Source of the DNA: Gemmatimonadaceae bacterium
Lineage (GTDB): Bacteria > Gemmatimonadota > Gemmatimonadetes > Gemmatimonadales > Gemmatimonadaceae
DNA: 64,000 nt
NCBI GenBank assembly: GCA_045803545.1
Contig: JBJMOW010000005.1
Coordinates: 1,152,001 to 1,216,000 of the forward strand
Direction of reading: 5' to 3'
The stretch's first letter is position 1. Each line of letters opens with the position of its first letter. Below are positions 28,929 through 37,849 of this stretch, piece after piece. The position numbers and the translations under genes were made by a program. Below the pieces are notes generated by a model. The model was not told where the DNA came from and searched no databases. It saw only the letters and a list, made by a program, of their open reading frames with translations.

Positions 28929-30014
28929 ATGGAGATGTCGCTGGCGCGTCGAATGCCGGCCGAGTGGGAGAAGCACGACGCGACGTGGATTGCGTGGCCG
29001 CATCACGAGCCCGATTGGCCAGGCAAGCTGGCGCCCATTCCCTGGGTCTACGCCGAAATCGTACGCGCACTAAGCGAGTTCGAGCGCGTGGAAATCCTTT
29101 GCCACGATCAGGCGGTCGCCGACAACGCGCGGCTATTGATTGCTGCGCACGGCGTGGCTGATCGCCCCGAGAAATACCGTCTGCATATCGCGCCCAATGA
29201 CCGCGTCTGGCTGCGCGACTCCGCGCCGACGTTCGTGTACCGAGCCGACGGTGTGCTGGAGATGATCAACTGGGGATTCAATGCCTGGGCGAAATACGAC
29301 AACTACGCCAGCGACGCCAAAGTCGGCAGCGTGATCGAGAGCATCACCGGAGTGCCGCGCACGGAAGCGAAACGCGAAGACAATGGCAATCGGCTGATAC
29401 TCGAAGGGGGAGGAATCGAGGTCAACGGCAGCGGAATGATGCTGGTGACTGAGGAGTGGCTGTTAAGCGGTGTGCAGGTACGGAATCCGGGCCTGACCGC
29501 GCAGGAGTACGAGGAATTGTTCGCGAAGTACCTCGGTGTAACCGATACTATATGGTTGGGAGAGGGCGCCGTCGGCGATGATACTCACGGACACATCGAC
29601 GACATCGCGCGCTTCGCGGCGCGTGACACGATCATCCTCGCTTACGAGCAGGACCCGTCGGACGAGAATCACGTTCGCTCAGTCGCCAACCTCGAGCGGC
29701 TCAAAGCGGCGACGAAGGATCGCGACCTGAAGATCGTCACGATTCCCTTCCCGCGTCCGGTGATAATGAACGGCGAACGGCTTCCCGCCAGCTACGCCAA
29801 CTTCTACATCGCGAATGGCGCCGTTCTTGTACCGACATTCAATGATCCCAACGACCGGGTAGCACTCAATGGAATCGCCGAGGCGTTTCCCGGTCGAACC
29901 GTCATCGGCATTCACGCCGTCGATCTGGTTTGGGGATTGGGGACTCTGCACTGCCTGACGCAGCAGCAGCCAGTGCCGCCGACAACCGGGGGGCGAAGCT
30001 CGAAACGGAAATGA
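28929..30014 (+). CDS. aguA: Agmatine deiminase family protein
   Basis: RMPAEW, WLRD, LEGG, DDTHGHIDD, SYANFY, GTLHCLTQQQP; start uncertain (28821/28929/28935). Confidence 0.9.
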   Translation: MEMSLARRMPAEWEKHDATWIAWPHHEPDWPGKLAPIPWVYAEIVRALSEFERVEILCHDQAVADNARLLIAAHGVADRPEKYRLHIAPNDRVWLRDSAPTFVYRADGVLEMINWGFNAWAKYDNYASDAKVGSVIESITGVPRTEAKREDNGNRLILEGGGIEVNGSGMMLVTEEWLLSGVQVRNPGLTAQEYEELFAKYLGVTDTIWLGEGAVGDDTHGHIDDIARFAARDTIILAYEQDPSDENHVRSVANLERLKAATKDRDLKIVTIPFPRPVIMNGERLPASYANFYIANGAVLVPTFNDPNDRVALNGIAEAFPGRTVIGIHAVDLVWGLGTLHCLTQQQPVPPTTGGRSSKRK

Positions 30015-30415
30015 AGATCCTTTTGACAGGCGAAGAATCGCTGCGGCTCGAGCCGACACCGGGAATGCTGACTATCGAAGCACCTTCATCCGACAGCAGC
30101 TATTCACCGTTTCACATGCTCGGCAGTGCGCTTGCCGGCTGCACGTTTTCCGTGTTGCAAAGCTGGGCATCGAACAAGGATCTTCACGTTGACGATTTGA
30201 AGATCGACGTGAAGTGGAAATTCGCGGAGGGAGAACATCGACTCGAGCGAATGGATGCGCGAATCGAATGGCCGTCCCTGCCCGCCGAGCTGTGGCCGCG
30301 AGCTCTGCGCGCGGCGCATGTGTGCGGAATCCATCAGACCCTTAGTCACAGCGTGCAGGTGAATGTCGACGCGGTCGGCGCCGAGAGTCCCGCGATCGAA
30401 GGAGTCACGACGTGA
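30011..30415 (+). CDS. OsmC-like protein
   Basis: SPFHMLGSALAGC...CGIHQTL two-Cys pattern; ATGA overlap. Confidence 0.75.
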   Translation: MKILLTGEESLRLEPTPGMLTIEAPSSDSSYSPFHMLGSALAGCTFSVLQSWASNKDLHVDDLKIDVKWKFAEGEHRLERMDARIEWPSLPAELWPRALRAAHVCGIHQTLSHSVQVNVDAVGAESPAIEGVTT

Positions 30416-30882
30416 GCGTTCAGGTCGTTCGGTTTACATATGCGGACCACGACACCGAGTCTGTCGCGCCGACCATCGGTGAGCCTGGGCGGCCGTACAC
30501 CGTGATCTACGATGGACACTGCAAGGTCTGCGGCCGGCTGGTGAAGCTGCTCACCAAATGGGACAAGCAACACATCCTGGAGATAGCGCCATCGCAGGCG
30601 CCCGGAGTGCAAGCGCGATTTCCGTGGATTCCACCGCGAGCGTACATAGAATCGGTTCAGGTAATCAGGAATCGCGATGGAAAGACGTGGCAGGCTGCGG
30701 CCGCCCTCGAAGAACTTCTCAACGTCCTGCCCAAAGGCTGGCTATTCTCGTGGCTGTTCAAGATTCCGTTCGTAAGGCCCCTCGCAGACAGGTTTTACCG
30801 GTGGTTCGCTCGAAACCGCTACCACTTTGGCTGCGGTGAGCATTGCGCGGTGAGGCCTTCTAACCTCGATTATGGCGAATAG
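30412..30882 (+). CDS. DCC1-like (DUF393) thiol-disulfide oxidoreductase
   Basis: IYDGHCKVC; YRWFARNRY. Confidence 0.88.
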   Translation: MSVQVVRFTYADHDTESVAPTIGEPGRPYTVIYDGHCKVCGRLVKLLTKWDKQHILEIAPSQAPGVQARFPWIPPRAYIESVQVIRNRDGKTWQAAAALEELLNVLPKGWLFSWLFKIPFVRPLADRFYRWFARNRYHFGCGEHCAVRPSNLDYGE

Positions 30883-30885
30883 TCC

Positions 30886-32772
30886 ATAACGGGAAAAACC
30901 ACGCGCTACGCTGCACTAGTTCTGTTGGCGATTGCCTGCGCTGCCCCGGCGCCGCGGCCAACGACGAGCACCAATGCTGATTGGGCAACGACAGGCGGTG
31001 ACGCCGGCAATAGTCGCTACTCGTATCTCGATCAGATAGATCGCCTCAACGTCGCGCAGCTCCGCATGGCGTGGACGTATCACACTGCTGACGCGCCAGC
31101 CAGCGGCCGTTCGCAGATTCAAGCCACACCGATCATCGTCGACGGTGTCCTGTACTCGACGACCTCTGCGCTGAACGTCATCGCGCTCCGAGCGGACAAC
31201 GGCACGGCGATCTGGCGATTCGATCCGTTTTCCAATCGTGAACGGGCGACCCACGTAAATCGCGGTGTCGCTTTCTGGTCAGACGGGGCGCAGCGGCGGG
31301 TGTTCTTCACCGCGGGTCGCCGCCTTTATTCACTCGACGCCGCGAATGGACAGCCTGACCGTTCGTTTGGCGATTCCGGTTCGATCGACCTTAGCGCCGG
31401 CCTCGGTCGCGATGTGTCGAACACCGACGTGCTGGCGACAAGTCCCGGTGCCGTCTTCCAGGATTTGTTGATCCAGGGCACGCGAGTTGGGGAAAGCGAA
31501 GGGTCGGCGCCGGGTGACATCCGTGCGTACGATGTCCACACCGGCAGAATACGCTGGACGTTTTACACCATTCCGCATCCCGGCGAATACGGCTACGACA
31601 CCTGGCCGCCCGACGCCTGGCGGACCGCGGGTGGGGCGAACTCATGGGCCGGAATCACCGTTGACGCTGCGCGCGGAATTGTCTTCATCCCTACGGGCTC
31701 GGCGACGCCTGACTTCTACGGTGGCGCGCGCCACGGCAGAAACCTTTTTTCGAGTTCGCTGCTCGCGCTCGACGCTCGCTCCGGCCAGCGTCTATGGCAC
31801 TTCCAGACCGTGCATCACGATCTCTGGGATCGCGATCTCCCGACGGCGCCCAATCTGCTGACGATTACGCGCGACAGAAAGTTGATCAGTGCCGTCGCAC
31901 AAATCACGAAGAGCGGATTTGTCTTTCTCTTCGAGCGTCAGACCGGAGCTCCGCTGTTCCCGATTGAGGAGCGGCCGGCTCCGCCGTCGGACCTGCGCGG
32001 GGAGCAGGCATGGCCGACTCAGCCAATCCCTACCAAGCCGGCACCGTTTGCCCGGCAGTCAATCAGCGAAGCGACCCTCAATGCTCTGAATCCGGCCGCG
32101 CGGAGCGCACTCGTCGAGCGCTTCAGCAAGTTGCGTCACGACGATCTGTTCGCGCCGCCAAGTCAGAATGGGACCGTAGTGTTGCCTGGGTTTGATGGCG
32201 GCGGAGAGTGGGGCGGCGCGGCGGTCGATCGACTGACGGGCGTGATCTACGTGAACGCCAGCGATGTTCCATGGATTGCAGCGATGCGTGATACTGCGTT
32301 AGCAGACTCCGCGACGCGACGCGCGCGAGCATCGCGTCACCAGCTTTTACCATACGACTTCGTCGGCTACGAGCGCTGGCGTGATTCTGCCGGCTATCCC
32401 GCAATCGCCCCGCCGTGGGGCACTTTGAGCGCTATCGATCTCAATACCGGCGAGTATCGGTGGCGGATTCCGCTCGGTGAGCATCCGGGGCTCGCGTCGC
32501 GCGGAATCACTGATACGGGCGCGGAGCAGTACGGCGGACCAATCGTGACCGCGGGCGGGCTGGTCTTCATTGCAGCAACCATGGATGAGAAATTTCGCGC
32601 CTTCGACAAGGACACCGGCAGATTACTTTGGCAGACGACGCTTCCCGCCGCGGGCTACGCGACACCCAGCACGTTCATGGTAAACGGCAAACAGTATGTC
32701 GTCATCGCGGCGGGAGGCGGAAAGCTCGGCACGAAGTCGGGCGATGCGTACGTAGCTTTCGCCCTGCCCTGA
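30886..32772 (+). CDS. PQQ-dependent (glucose/quinate-type) dehydrogenase, probable lipoprotein
   Basis: QATPI, GGANSWAG, HHDLWDRD, PPWGTL, GYATPSTF; full lipoprotein signal only if started upstream of TTG 30925. Confidence 0.85.
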   Translation: MTGKTTRYAALVLLAIACAAPAPRPTTSTNADWATTGGDAGNSRYSYLDQIDRLNVAQLRMAWTYHTADAPASGRSQIQATPIIVDGVLYSTTSALNVIALRADNGTAIWRFDPFSNRERATHVNRGVAFWSDGAQRRVFFTAGRRLYSLDAANGQPDRSFGDSGSIDLSAGLGRDVSNTDVLATSPGAVFQDLLIQGTRVGESEGSAPGDIRAYDVHTGRIRWTFYTIPHPGEYGYDTWPPDAWRTAGGANSWAGITVDAARGIVFIPTGSATPDFYGGARHGRNLFSSSLLALDARSGQRLWHFQTVHHDLWDRDLPTAPNLLTITRDRKLISAVAQITKSGFVFLFERQTGAPLFPIEERPAPPSDLRGEQAWPTQPIPTKPAPFARQSISEATLNALNPAARSALVERFSKLRHDDLFAPPSQNGTVVLPGFDGGGEWGGAAVDRLTGVIYVNASDVPWIAAMRDTALADSATRRARASRHQLLPYDFVGYERWRDSAGYPAIAPPWGTLSAIDLNTGEYRWRIPLGEHPGLASRGITDTGAEQYGGPIVTAGGLVFIAATMDEKFRAFDKDTGRLLWQTTLPAAGYATPSTFMVNGKQYVVIAAGGGKLGTKSGDAYVAFALP

Positions 32773-33293
32773 CAAGCGAGCGCACGACGGCGAGTGGCCG
32801 CAGCTACATCGTGATGGGCGTGTCCGGCTCCGGCAAGACCGTCATCGGCACGCTGCTCGCCCGCGCATTAGGTGTCGATTTTGTCGAGGGTGACACCTAT
32901 CATCCGCCGGCGAACATTGAGAAGATGTCGGCCGGTGTTCCGCTCACAGACTTCGACCGTGGGGGATGGCTACATGCAATTGGCGAGAGAATCAAACGCG
33001 CCAACGACGATGGTGAAGGCGTCGTCGTGTCCTGCTCGGCGTTGAAGCGGTCATATCGTCAAATCATCCGCGCCGAGGCGGGCGCGGTGCAGTTCGTCTT
33101 TCTGCGTGGCGAGCGGGCGCTGATCGGGCAACGTATCCGTGGTCGCAAAGGACATTTCATGCCGCCGTCGCTGCTCGACAGCCAGTTCGCGGCGCTCGAG
33201 GAGCCATCGAGCGAGGAAAATATCTGGATCGTTGATATCGATGATTCGCCTGAAGCGATCGCTGCCTCACTCATCGCCCGCGCATCCGCTTGA
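32769..33293 (+). CDS. gntK: Gluconokinase
   Basis: MGVSGSGKT, EGDTYHP, CSALKRSYR, GHFMPPSLLDSQF; start CTG 32769 or GTG 32811. Confidence 0.9.
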   Translation: MTSERTTASGRSYIVMGVSGSGKTVIGTLLARALGVDFVEGDTYHPPANIEKMSAGVPLTDFDRGGWLHAIGERIKRANDDGEGVVVSCSALKRSYRQIIRAEAGAVQFVFLRGERALIGQRIRGRKGHFMPPSLLDSQFAALEEPSSEENIWIVDIDDSPEAIAASLIARASA

Positions 33294-34642
33294 GCCCTGA
33301 CGCGCGGCTCCTGCTGTGCGCACTCGGCGCGGTGATCGCGCTGATTCTGCTGATCGCGCAGGTCAAAGTTCATCCGTTCGTTGCGCTTGTCAGCGTCTCA
33401 TTGGCGATGGGAGCTGCGGCCGGAATGCCGCTCGCGAACACGGTGAAAGCATTCCAGGACGGCGTGGGCACTACACTCGGCTTTATCGCAGTGGTCGTCG
33501 GGCTCGGTACGATGCTGGGCAAGATGATGGCGGAGTCGGGAGCGGCAACGCGGATTGCGACGACTTTGATCGATCGCTTCGGCGAACAGCGGGTGCACTG
33601 GGCAATCATGATCGTCGCGTTCATCGTCGGCATTCCGGTGTTCTTTCAGGTTGGCTTCGTGTTGCTGATTCCGTTGGTATTCACCCTCGCGCGGCGGACC
33701 GGCGCTTCGCTGATCAAAGTCGGACTGTCCCTCGTCGCCGGGCTCTCGGTTGTACATGGCATGCTGCCGCCGCATCCCGCCGCGATGCTGGCGCTCACTG
33801 CCTACAACGCTGACATCGGCCGCACCATTCTCTACGGATTGCTCGTCGGGTTGCCGACGGCGGCACTGGCAGGGCCGATTTTTGGCTCGTGGATATCGAA
33901 GCGAATCATCCTTCCCGCCGAGAATCCGATGGCGGCGCAGCTCGAGGGCAGCGCAAGCGACAGCACGCCCACGCCGGGCTTTGGGATTTCTGTATTCACG
34001 GTTACCGTCCCGGTCATCCTCATGCTGCTCAGCACCGTGACGGACCTCGTGCTCGGCCCGCGCAGCGCGGTTGCACCGCTGACTCACTTTGTCGGCAACC
34101 CGATCGTGGCCCTGCTTCTGGCCTTGATCTTCTCGTTTTGGTCTTTGGGCCGGGCGAGGCACTTCAGTCGCTACGACATCATGAAGTTCTGCAACGACTG
34201 CCTCGCGCCAACTGCGGCGATCCTGCTGGTGATCGGCGGCGGGGGAGGCTTCAATCAGGTGCTGGTGCAGAGCGGAGTGGGCACTGCGATCGCACACGCC
34301 GCTGTGAGTGCCAGTATCTCGCCACTGCTTCTGGCGTGGAGCGTCGCAACCCTGATTCGGGTGGCGACGGGATCAGCAACGGTCGCAATGACCACGGCTT
34401 CCGGCATAGTCGCACCGATCGCCGCTGCGATGCACGGCGTGAGTCCCGAGCTGCTCGTCCTCGCAACCGGCGCCGGATCCCTGATGTTGTCCCATGTCAA
34501 TGACGCGGGCTTCTGGCTGATCAAGGAGTTTTTCAATATGTCTGTCCCGCAGACCCTCAAGACGTGGACTGTCGCCGAAACAATCATCGGGGTGACTGGA
34601 CTCGTTCTTACCCTCATGCTCAGTCTCGTCGTCCACGCCTAA
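33290..34642 (+). CDS. gntP: GntP family gluconate:H+ symporter
   Basis: PPHPAA, GSATVAM, SHVNDAGFW; multi-TM. Confidence 0.9.
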   Translation: MSPDARLLLCALGAVIALILLIAQVKVHPFVALVSVSLAMGAAAGMPLANTVKAFQDGVGTTLGFIAVVVGLGTMLGKMMAESGAATRIATTLIDRFGEQRVHWAIMIVAFIVGIPVFFQVGFVLLIPLVFTLARRTGASLIKVGLSLVAGLSVVHGMLPPHPAAMLALTAYNADIGRTILYGLLVGLPTAALAGPIFGSWISKRIILPAENPMAAQLEGSASDSTPTPGFGISVFTVTVPVILMLLSTVTDLVLGPRSAVAPLTHFVGNPIVALLLALIFSFWSLGRARHFSRYDIMKFCNDCLAPTAAILLVIGGGGGFNQVLVQSGVGTAIAHAAVSASISPLLLAWSVATLIRVATGSATVAMTTASGIVAPIAAAMHGVSPELLVLATGAGSLMLSHVNDAGFWLIKEFFNMSVPQTLKTWTVAETIIGVTGLVLTLMLSLVVHA

Positions 34643-34664
34643 CCTCTGTTCGAGGATTTCAGCC

Positions 34665-35405
34665 ATGCACCGGAATTTGAGCTGGCTCGCCGCAACATTC
34701 GCTCTTGCCTGCTCCGCCTCGCGCGCCGATACGGTGGCTTCGCAACAGTCATTGCCAACCGATGGCTGGATCGACGCGACCGCGACGCTCGACCCGAGTA
34801 CGACGCCGATCTATCAGGGCGACGCGCCGATGAAGTTCGATTTCATCCACGACATGCGCAAAGGTGACGCCTTCACCCTATCGGCATACTCGCTCGGCGC
34901 GCACAGCGGCACCCACATCGACGCGCCGATGCATTTCGTCCGCAACGGCGCGGCAATCGATAGAGTGCCGCTTGGCCCGCTGATTGGCCGCGCTCGCATC
35001 ATCGACATTCCCGACGGCGTTCAAGCCATTAACGCCGCCGAGCTCAACAAGCACAGCTGGCGCGGCGTGCCGAGGGTTCTTTTCCGCACCCGCAGCGCGC
35101 TTCATGGCTGGATGTCGTCCCCGACATTCCACAAGGATTTCGCGTACATCGCGCCCGATGCAGCGAAGATGTTGGCGGACGCTGGCGTTCAGCTGGTTGG
35201 AATCGACTACATCTCCGCGGAACAATTCGGCGCGGCGGCACCATTGACCCACCGCACGCTGCTGGGGAGAAACATTCCGATCGTGGAAGGCCTCGCACTC
35301 GACCATGTCAAAGCCGGTGATTACGATTTGATTGTGCTGCCGATAAAGGTCGGCGGTCACGAAGGCGCGCCGGCGCGGGCGATACTGCGACCGCGTTCGC
35401 GGTGA
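34665..35405 (+). CDS. Cyclase family (kynurenine formamidase-like) protein with lipoprotein-like signal
   Basis: HSGTHIDAPMHF; GIDYIS; IVEGL; N-terminal FALA-C. Confidence 0.88.
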   Translation: MHRNLSWLAATFALACSASRADTVASQQSLPTDGWIDATATLDPSTTPIYQGDAPMKFDFIHDMRKGDAFTLSAYSLGAHSGTHIDAPMHFVRNGAAIDRVPLGPLIGRARIIDIPDGVQAINAAELNKHSWRGVPRVLFRTRSALHGWMSSPTFHKDFAYIAPDAAKMLADAGVQLVGIDYISAEQFGAAAPLTHRTLLGRNIPIVEGLALDHVKAGDYDLIVLPIKVGGHEGAPARAILRPRSR

Positions 35406-35418
35406 GATCGGGAGAGTC

Positions 35419-35985
35419 ATGAGTAGCATTGTCGAGTCGATTCGTGCGGAATATCTCCGCTACAAAACCCTGGCCGAAGGCGCAATCGATCAACTCGATG
35501 ATGCCGACTTAACGAAGGAAGGCCCGAACGGCGGTAACTCGATCGCGACGTTGTGCTGGCACATCAGCGGCAATCTCAAATCCAGGTTTTCCGATTTCCT
35601 CACCAGCGACGGAGAGAAACCCTGGCGGGACCGCGAAGAAGAGTTCCAGGCGCGAACGGTCAGCCGCGCGGATCTGCTGGAGAAGTGGAACGGCGGGTGG
35701 AAGGTATTACTCGACACCATCGCACAGTTGACCGATGAGGATCTCAGGAAGACGGTGACGATTCGGCAGCAGCCCCTGATCGTTCATGAGGCACTGCATC
35801 GCTCGCTCTCGCACACCGTATATCACGTCGGCCAGATGGTCTACATCGCGAAGGGATTTCGTGGCGCTGCGTGGAATTACCTCAGCATCCCGCCCGGGCA
35901 ATCAGCCACCTACAACAAAGCTCCCAAATTCGAGACGGCCGCCGCACAGCAGGCCGCGGTGGCAAGCAGGATTACGCGGAAGTAG
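35419..35985 (+). CDS. DinB/DUF1572 family protein
   Basis: NSI...HISGNL.SRF.DF...DGEKPWRDREEEF; HTVYHVGQ. Confidence 0.85.
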   Translation: MSSIVESIRAEYLRYKTLAEGAIDQLDDADLTKEGPNGGNSIATLCWHISGNLKSRFSDFLTSDGEKPWRDREEEFQARTVSRADLLEKWNGGWKVLLDTIAQLTDEDLRKTVTIRQQPLIVHEALHRSLSHTVYHVGQMVYIAKGFRGAAWNYLSIPPGQSATYNKAPKFETAAAQQAAVASRITRK

Positions 35986-36784
35986 GGATCCGGTTGACGC
36001 CGGCGGCGGACATTGCGCCGCTCTGCGAGGCGCGGCGCACCAAGCGCCACGGGAAGAAGTAAATCGCGTAAATCACGGCGTAGACCGCAAAGTTCTCGAG
36101 CCGCGCGAAGTGCGCGAAGAAGAAAAAGAACATCAGCATGTGCATTCGCATCACGTTTCGATACGGCTCGGAGAACAACTCGCCAAATCGCCGGTTCTGG
36201 GTCCCGGTCAAGGAAAGCGATTTCTGCGAATCGATCGAGAATGGCTTGCGCATGAAAGCCGCGCGGTGGGCGATGAAAGCCGACGGCAGAAATGGCCAGT
36301 AGCGCCTGACGATCTCCACGTATGTCGACATGTTCGCGTCGGTGGAGCGGCCATGTCCGGTCTCGATTGGAAAGAACGAAATCAGAATCTGGGAATGGAC
36401 GTAGTGAAATCCGCCGAAGTGGATCGTGAAAAATCCTAGAAAGAACGCGACGCCCACGAAGAGGATCAGCACGAGCGCGGCGATTGCGCGTGGGTTGCCG
36501 CGGAGCATCGCGCGATCGCGCCAGGCTACCTCTGCGAACTCCGAGGCAGGCTGGACTATCATCCACACAATCGTCGCGTAACCAACAACGAAGCTGGAGA
36601 GCCACAGCGACCAGATCAGATCGCCAGCACTCCACCGCGCCCACCAGGCGACGGCAAGTCCAATGGCGAAAGCAATGGCATCGGGCCAGCTGCTCGCCCA
36701 GCTTTCGGTGTTCGTTTCGGTCGCAGTTACGGTCAGGAGGCTCACAGTTACCCTCTCGACGCTCTCACTGGACCGCCGTAACAC
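35972..36784 (-). CDS. Hypothetical membrane protein (DUF6498-like)
   Basis: Several TM; FFTIHFGGFHYVH; PYRNVMRMH; start uncertain. Confidence 0.65.
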   Translation of the reverse strand: MLRRSSESVERVTVSLLTVTATETNTESWASSWPDAIAFAIGLAVAWWARWSAGDLIWSLWLSSFVVGYATIVWMIVQPASEFAEVAWRDRAMLRGNPRAIAALVLILFVGVAFFLGFFTIHFGGFHYVHSQILISFFPIETGHGRSTDANMSTYVEIVRRYWPFLPSAFIAHRAAFMRKPFSIDSQKSLSLTGTQNRRFGELFSEPYRNVMRMHMLMFFFFFAHFARLENFAVYAVIYAIYFFPWRLVRRASQSGAMSAAGVNRIPTSA

Positions 36785-36811
36785 GTCACCGCCGCGAGTG
36801 TATTAACCACC

Positions 36812-37423
36812 ATGAATTCGGCCTTCAGACCGAGCGCTTTGGACCAACATCGGGACGCGCTGCTGCGCTGTCGCCGCTGTCGGCTGCATTCCGACGTCAC
36901 CCCGGTCGCCTCACTCGCGCGCAATCCACGAGCGATGCTCGTTGGGCAGGCGCCGGGAAAAGTTGAGGCGGAGGGCGGTGTCCCATTCTCAGGTCGCGCG
37001 GGGCGGACGCTTTTTGGTTGGCTCTCACGCGCCGGGTTGGACGAGAACGATGCTCGCGAGCAGATCTACATCTCGGCGGTCACGAGGTGCTTTCCGGGGC
37101 CTCATCCGAGCGGCCGCGGCGACCGAGTGCCGTCCAAAGTGGAGCAAGCGCATTGCGCTGATTGGCTCGAAGCGGAGCTTCGGATCATTCGGCCCAAGCT
37201 GCTGATTCCGGTGGGCAGACTGGCAATTGAGCGGTTTTTGCCCGCACTCCCGCTTGACCAGCTCATCGGCACCAAACGCAGCGTTGTCCACGCCGGCGGG
37301 CAGTCAACCGTGATTCCGCTGCCGCACCCGTCGGGCGCGAGTAGCTGGTTTTACCAGAACGACAACCAAACCCTGCTTGACCGAGCCATCGAGCTTATCG
37401 CTGTCGAGCTTGGCCGTCTCTGA
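36812..37423 (-). other. No minus-strand gene supported here (shadow of the + strand UDG gene)
   Basis: Only short antisense ORFs without motifs. Confidence 0.1.
36812..37423 (+). CDS. Uracil-DNA glycosylase family protein (Fe-S type)
   Basis: CRRC, GQAPG, PFSGRAG, RCFP, HC, HPSGAS. Confidence 0.88.
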   Translation: MNSAFRPSALDQHRDALLRCRRCRLHSDVTPVASLARNPRAMLVGQAPGKVEAEGGVPFSGRAGRTLFGWLSRAGLDENDAREQIYISAVTRCFPGPHPSGRGDRVPSKVEQAHCADWLEAELRIIRPKLLIPVGRLAIERFLPALPLDQLIGTKRSVVHAGGQSTVIPLPHPSGASSWFYQNDNQTLLDRAIELIAVELGRL

Positions 37424-37477
37424 AAAGCGACGCTAAACTTGTGGAGCGCCGCGTAGCGGCTATCACGGGAGGCAACC

Positions 37478-37849
37478 CTGACGTCAACAGCTCCGTCGAC
37501 GCGAGCCGTCAACATTGGGCCGCGCGAACGACTCAAGAGACTCAGCGCGGGAGTGGTTGGCTTCGCTCTCGGCATCGTTCTGGCCGCGGTGCTGATCGCC
37601 ATGCGCGCGCCACCGCTGTGGCGACTGTTGCTCTTCTTCCCCTTCCTGTTCGGCGCCCTCGGAGTGTTCCAATCTCGCGACAAGACGTGAGTAAGGCTTG
37701 CATCGCGCGGTCAGCGCGATCTCGACACCGGGCCCCAAAGCGTCGACAACAGCGTGGAGCTGGCGCAGCTGCGCCGGCAGGCACGCGCGGTCTACGCGAA
37801 ATCGTTCGTCACAGCGATCATTCTCACGGCGCTTTCCTTAGCGTTATAA
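37478..37849 (+). CDS. Candidate selenoprotein: 123-aa membrane protein with in-frame UGA (codon 71)
   Basis: GGGAGG RBS then CTG; NIGPRERLKRL + 2 TM + FQSRDKT-TGA-VRLASRGQRDLDTG... + TM, TAA 37847; SECIS-like hairpin downstream of the TGA. Confidence 0.75.
37702..37720 (+). promoter_or_regulatory. Putative bacterial SECIS element
   Basis: ATCGCGC-GGTCA-GCGCGAT, starting 11 nt after TGA 37688-37690; loop begins with GG. Confidence 0.65.

Noticed and set aside
18925..35405. Complete kynurenine pathway (kynU plus kynB)
   Set aside because: Genes are 15 kb apart, no kynA is seen, and the cyclase appears exported
37441..37845. N-terminal 135 aa of the 454-aa ORF 37441..38805
   Set aside because: Arg-rich, non-protein-like shadow of the CTG/UGA gene in another frame; the hydrolase signal peptide begins near 37846
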